Shown here piece by piece: positions 58,517 through 59,855 of a stretch of 59,855 nt of DNA. A program made the position numbers and the translations under genes. Each line of letters starts with the position of its first letter. The stretch's first letter is position 1. The DNA is from an uncultured bacterium. Its GTDB lineage: Bacteria > Omnitrophota > Gorgyraeia > Ghiorseimicrobiales > Ghiorseimicrobiaceae. The stretch covers positions 1 through 59,855 of the forward strand of contig CAJVXN010000007.1 of the NCBI GenBank assembly GCA_913009335.1, read 5' to 3'. Below the pieces are notes generated by a model that did not search any database, was not told the DNA's origin, and saw only the letters and a list, made by a program, of their open reading frames with translations.

Positions 58517-59539
58517 CTAAATATCTGCCTCTTTGCGAATTCCCTGCTCAATCTCGCTGAGCATCTTTTCATGCTCTTTTAAATAGCGCCGCGCGACATC
58601 TCTACCCTGTCCTATTTTTTCCGACTTATATGAAAACCACGCGCCGGACTTAACAACAATATTCCTATCTACCGCTAAATTTAGAATATCACCCGCGCGA
58701 GAAATCCCCTCATCGTGCAAAAGATCAAACTGCGCCTCGCGAAAAGGGGCCGCGACCTTATTTTTAACTACCCGCACTCGTACCTTATTACCAATTACAC
58801 CATCGTTCTCTTTAATTACGCCGATGCGCCTTACATCAAGTCTGATGGAAGAATAAAACTTAAGCGCGTTACCTCCGGTGGTAGTCTCGGGATTTCCAAA
58901 GACCACCCCAATTTTCATACGTATCTGATTGATAAACACAACGCAGGTCTTAGACTTGCTTATTGCCGCGGTTAATTTACGCAATGCCTGCGACATAAGA
59001 CGCGCATGCAAACCCATGTGAGAATCACCCATCTCTCCTTCAATCTCCGCGCGAGGGGTAAGCGCTGCCACAGAATCAATAACAATTAAATCTACGGCAT
59101 TGGACCTGACTAAAGTTTCTGTAATCTCTAAAGCCTGCTCTCCCGTATCCGGTTGTGATATTAACAGATCCTCTAATTTAATCCCAATCTTTCTTGCGTA
59201 TGTAGCGTCAAACGCATGTTCGGCATCAATGAAAGCGGCCGTACCGCTTTGCTTTTGAACTTGAGCTATCGCACTTAAAGCAAGAGTTGTTTTACCTGAT
59301 GCTTCAGGCCCAAAAATTTCTACTACCCTTCCGCGCGGAAGCCCTCCAACACCCAGAGCTATATCTAAAGATAGAGCGCCCGTAGGGATAGCCGGAACCT
59401 TAACCATCATACTTTCATCCATCTTCATAATTGAGCCTCTGCCAAACTGCTTCTCAATCTGAGCCAGCGCAAGCTCTAAAGCCTTCTGACGATTAGAATC
59501 TACCTTAACTATCGTCTCTTTCTTTTTTTCTTTAATCAC
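58517..59539 (-). CDS. recA: recombinase RecA
   Basis: Contains [19 protein letters not shown]. The GTG start at 59537-59539 follows a GGAGG. Confidence 0.95.
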   Translation of the reverse strand: MIKEKKKETIVKVDSNRQKALELALAQIEKQFGRGSIMKMDESMMVKVPAIPTGALSLDIALGVGGLPRGRVVEIFGPEASGKTTLALSAIAQVQKQSGTAAFIDAEHAFDATYARKIGIKLEDLLISQPDTGEQALEITETLVRSNAVDLIVIDSVAALTPRAEIEGEMGDSHMGLHARLMSQALRKLTAAISKSKTCVVFINQIRMKIGVVFGNPETTTGGNALKFYSSIRLDVRRIGVIKENDGVIGNKVRVRVVKNKVAAPFREAQFDLLHDEGISRAGDILNLAVDRNIVVKSGAWFSYKSEKIGQGRDVARRYLKEHEKMLSEIEQGIRKEADI

Positions 59540-59684
59540 TATATCCTCCTGAAATGATCCCTGTGCATTATCGGGATAAATTGCCCCACTGCTTCGTTAT
59601 ACCTTTATAGAGCATAAAACGATAGAGACATTTTAAACTTCGAATCTATCTAACTCCATATCCAGCATATAATTTTAGAAATTT

Positions 59685-59713
59685 ATTATATTACATAACC
59701 CTTTAACTGTCAA
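59685..59713 (-). promoter_or_regulatory. consensus sigma70-type promoter for recA: TTGACA-17 nt-TATAAT
   Basis: The -35 is at 59708-59713 and the -10 at 59685-59690. The -35 lies inside the palindrome AACTGT-N3-ACAGTT at 59705-59719. Confidence 0.6.
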
Positions 59714-59732
59714 ACAGTTTAGTATTAGCGAA

Positions 59733-59799
59733 TTGACTCATATTAAATGTTACCGAAGCGATAGTAAAATTGAATCGTTGACTCATAATTCATGTTACC
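59733..59799 (+). repeat. 22-nt direct repeat TTGACTCATA(TTAA/ATTC)ATGTTACC x2 upstream of a plus-strand start
   Basis: Copies are at 59733-59754 and 59778-59799. The second can be read as TTGACT-17 nt-AAGAAT. Confidence 0.5.
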
Positions 59800-59829
59800 C
59801 AAGAATAAGAGCAATAAAGGGGGTAACTT

Positions 59830-59855
59830 ATGGGACCACGGTCAAAAAAAGAGTA
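59830..59855 (+). CDS. first 8 codons of an unidentified plus-strand gene (MGPRSKKE...), divergent from recA
   Basis: The ATG follows AAAGGGGG after a 7-nt spacer. Too little sequence is present to identify it. Confidence 0.3.

Noticed and set aside
1-59855. Looked for defence, mobile or secondary-metabolism gene systems, including integrase, transposase, cas, toxin-antitoxin, restriction-modification and phage genes.
   Set aside because: Every ORF above about 60 aa on the coding strand is assignable to a housekeeping family. No candidate protein-coding novel system could be supported. The novelty in this window is confined to non-coding repeats.

Overview
AT-rich bacterial chromosomal segment. 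Every confidently called gene is on the minus strand. From high to low coordinates the order is: recA, htrA/degP, recX, alaS, hisD-hisB-hisH-hisA-hisF-hisI, trpE, rpsP, yajC, secDF, a short mfd, surA, pdxA, rsmA, two CheY-like receivers and a GAF/HD-GYP protein. Next comes an uninterrupted co-directional translation/transcription supercluster: tRNA-Thr, rpmG, tRNA-Trp, secE, nusG, rplKAJL, rpoBC, rpsLG, fusA, tuf, and the S10-spc-alpha operons through rplQ. The window ends with an aminotransferase, leuC, pilT, leuD and partial bioB. I see no integrase, transposase, cas, toxin or defence-type ORFs, so the protein content is ordinary housekeeping. The unusual content is non-coding. (1) A family of miniature inverted-repeat elements has bodies reading CCC(C/A)G...CGGGG, 47-49 nt or 122 nt long, each flanked by a 4-nt direct repeat TGAA. 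These sit exactly in the start codons of leuD, hisI, hisH and alaS. Removing one element plus one TGAA restores a canonical ATGAA start or ATGA stop/start overlap. As inserted, the terminal G of the element plus the TGAA makes a new GTG start behind an element-borne purine tract. (2) A composite three-hairpin cassette (modules A, B, C) occupies seven gene junctions, five of them inside the normally tightly packed S10/spc ribosomal operons. It starts right after stop codons and ends 0-4 nt from the next ATG. (3) A 44-nt tandem repeat brackets rpmC and encodes the last 14 codons of L29. (4) A 23-nt perfect duplicate of the tRNA-Trp 3' end lies 154 nt downstream of the tRNA, which looks like an att-type scar. 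(5) Further tandem repeats flank a doubly truncated mfd. Smaller observations are a BirA-operator-like palindrome upstream of bioB, a consensus recA promoter whose -35 lies in a palindrome, and several ribosomal-protein extensions. All repeat and motif statements come from reading the sequence by eye. No database search was possible.
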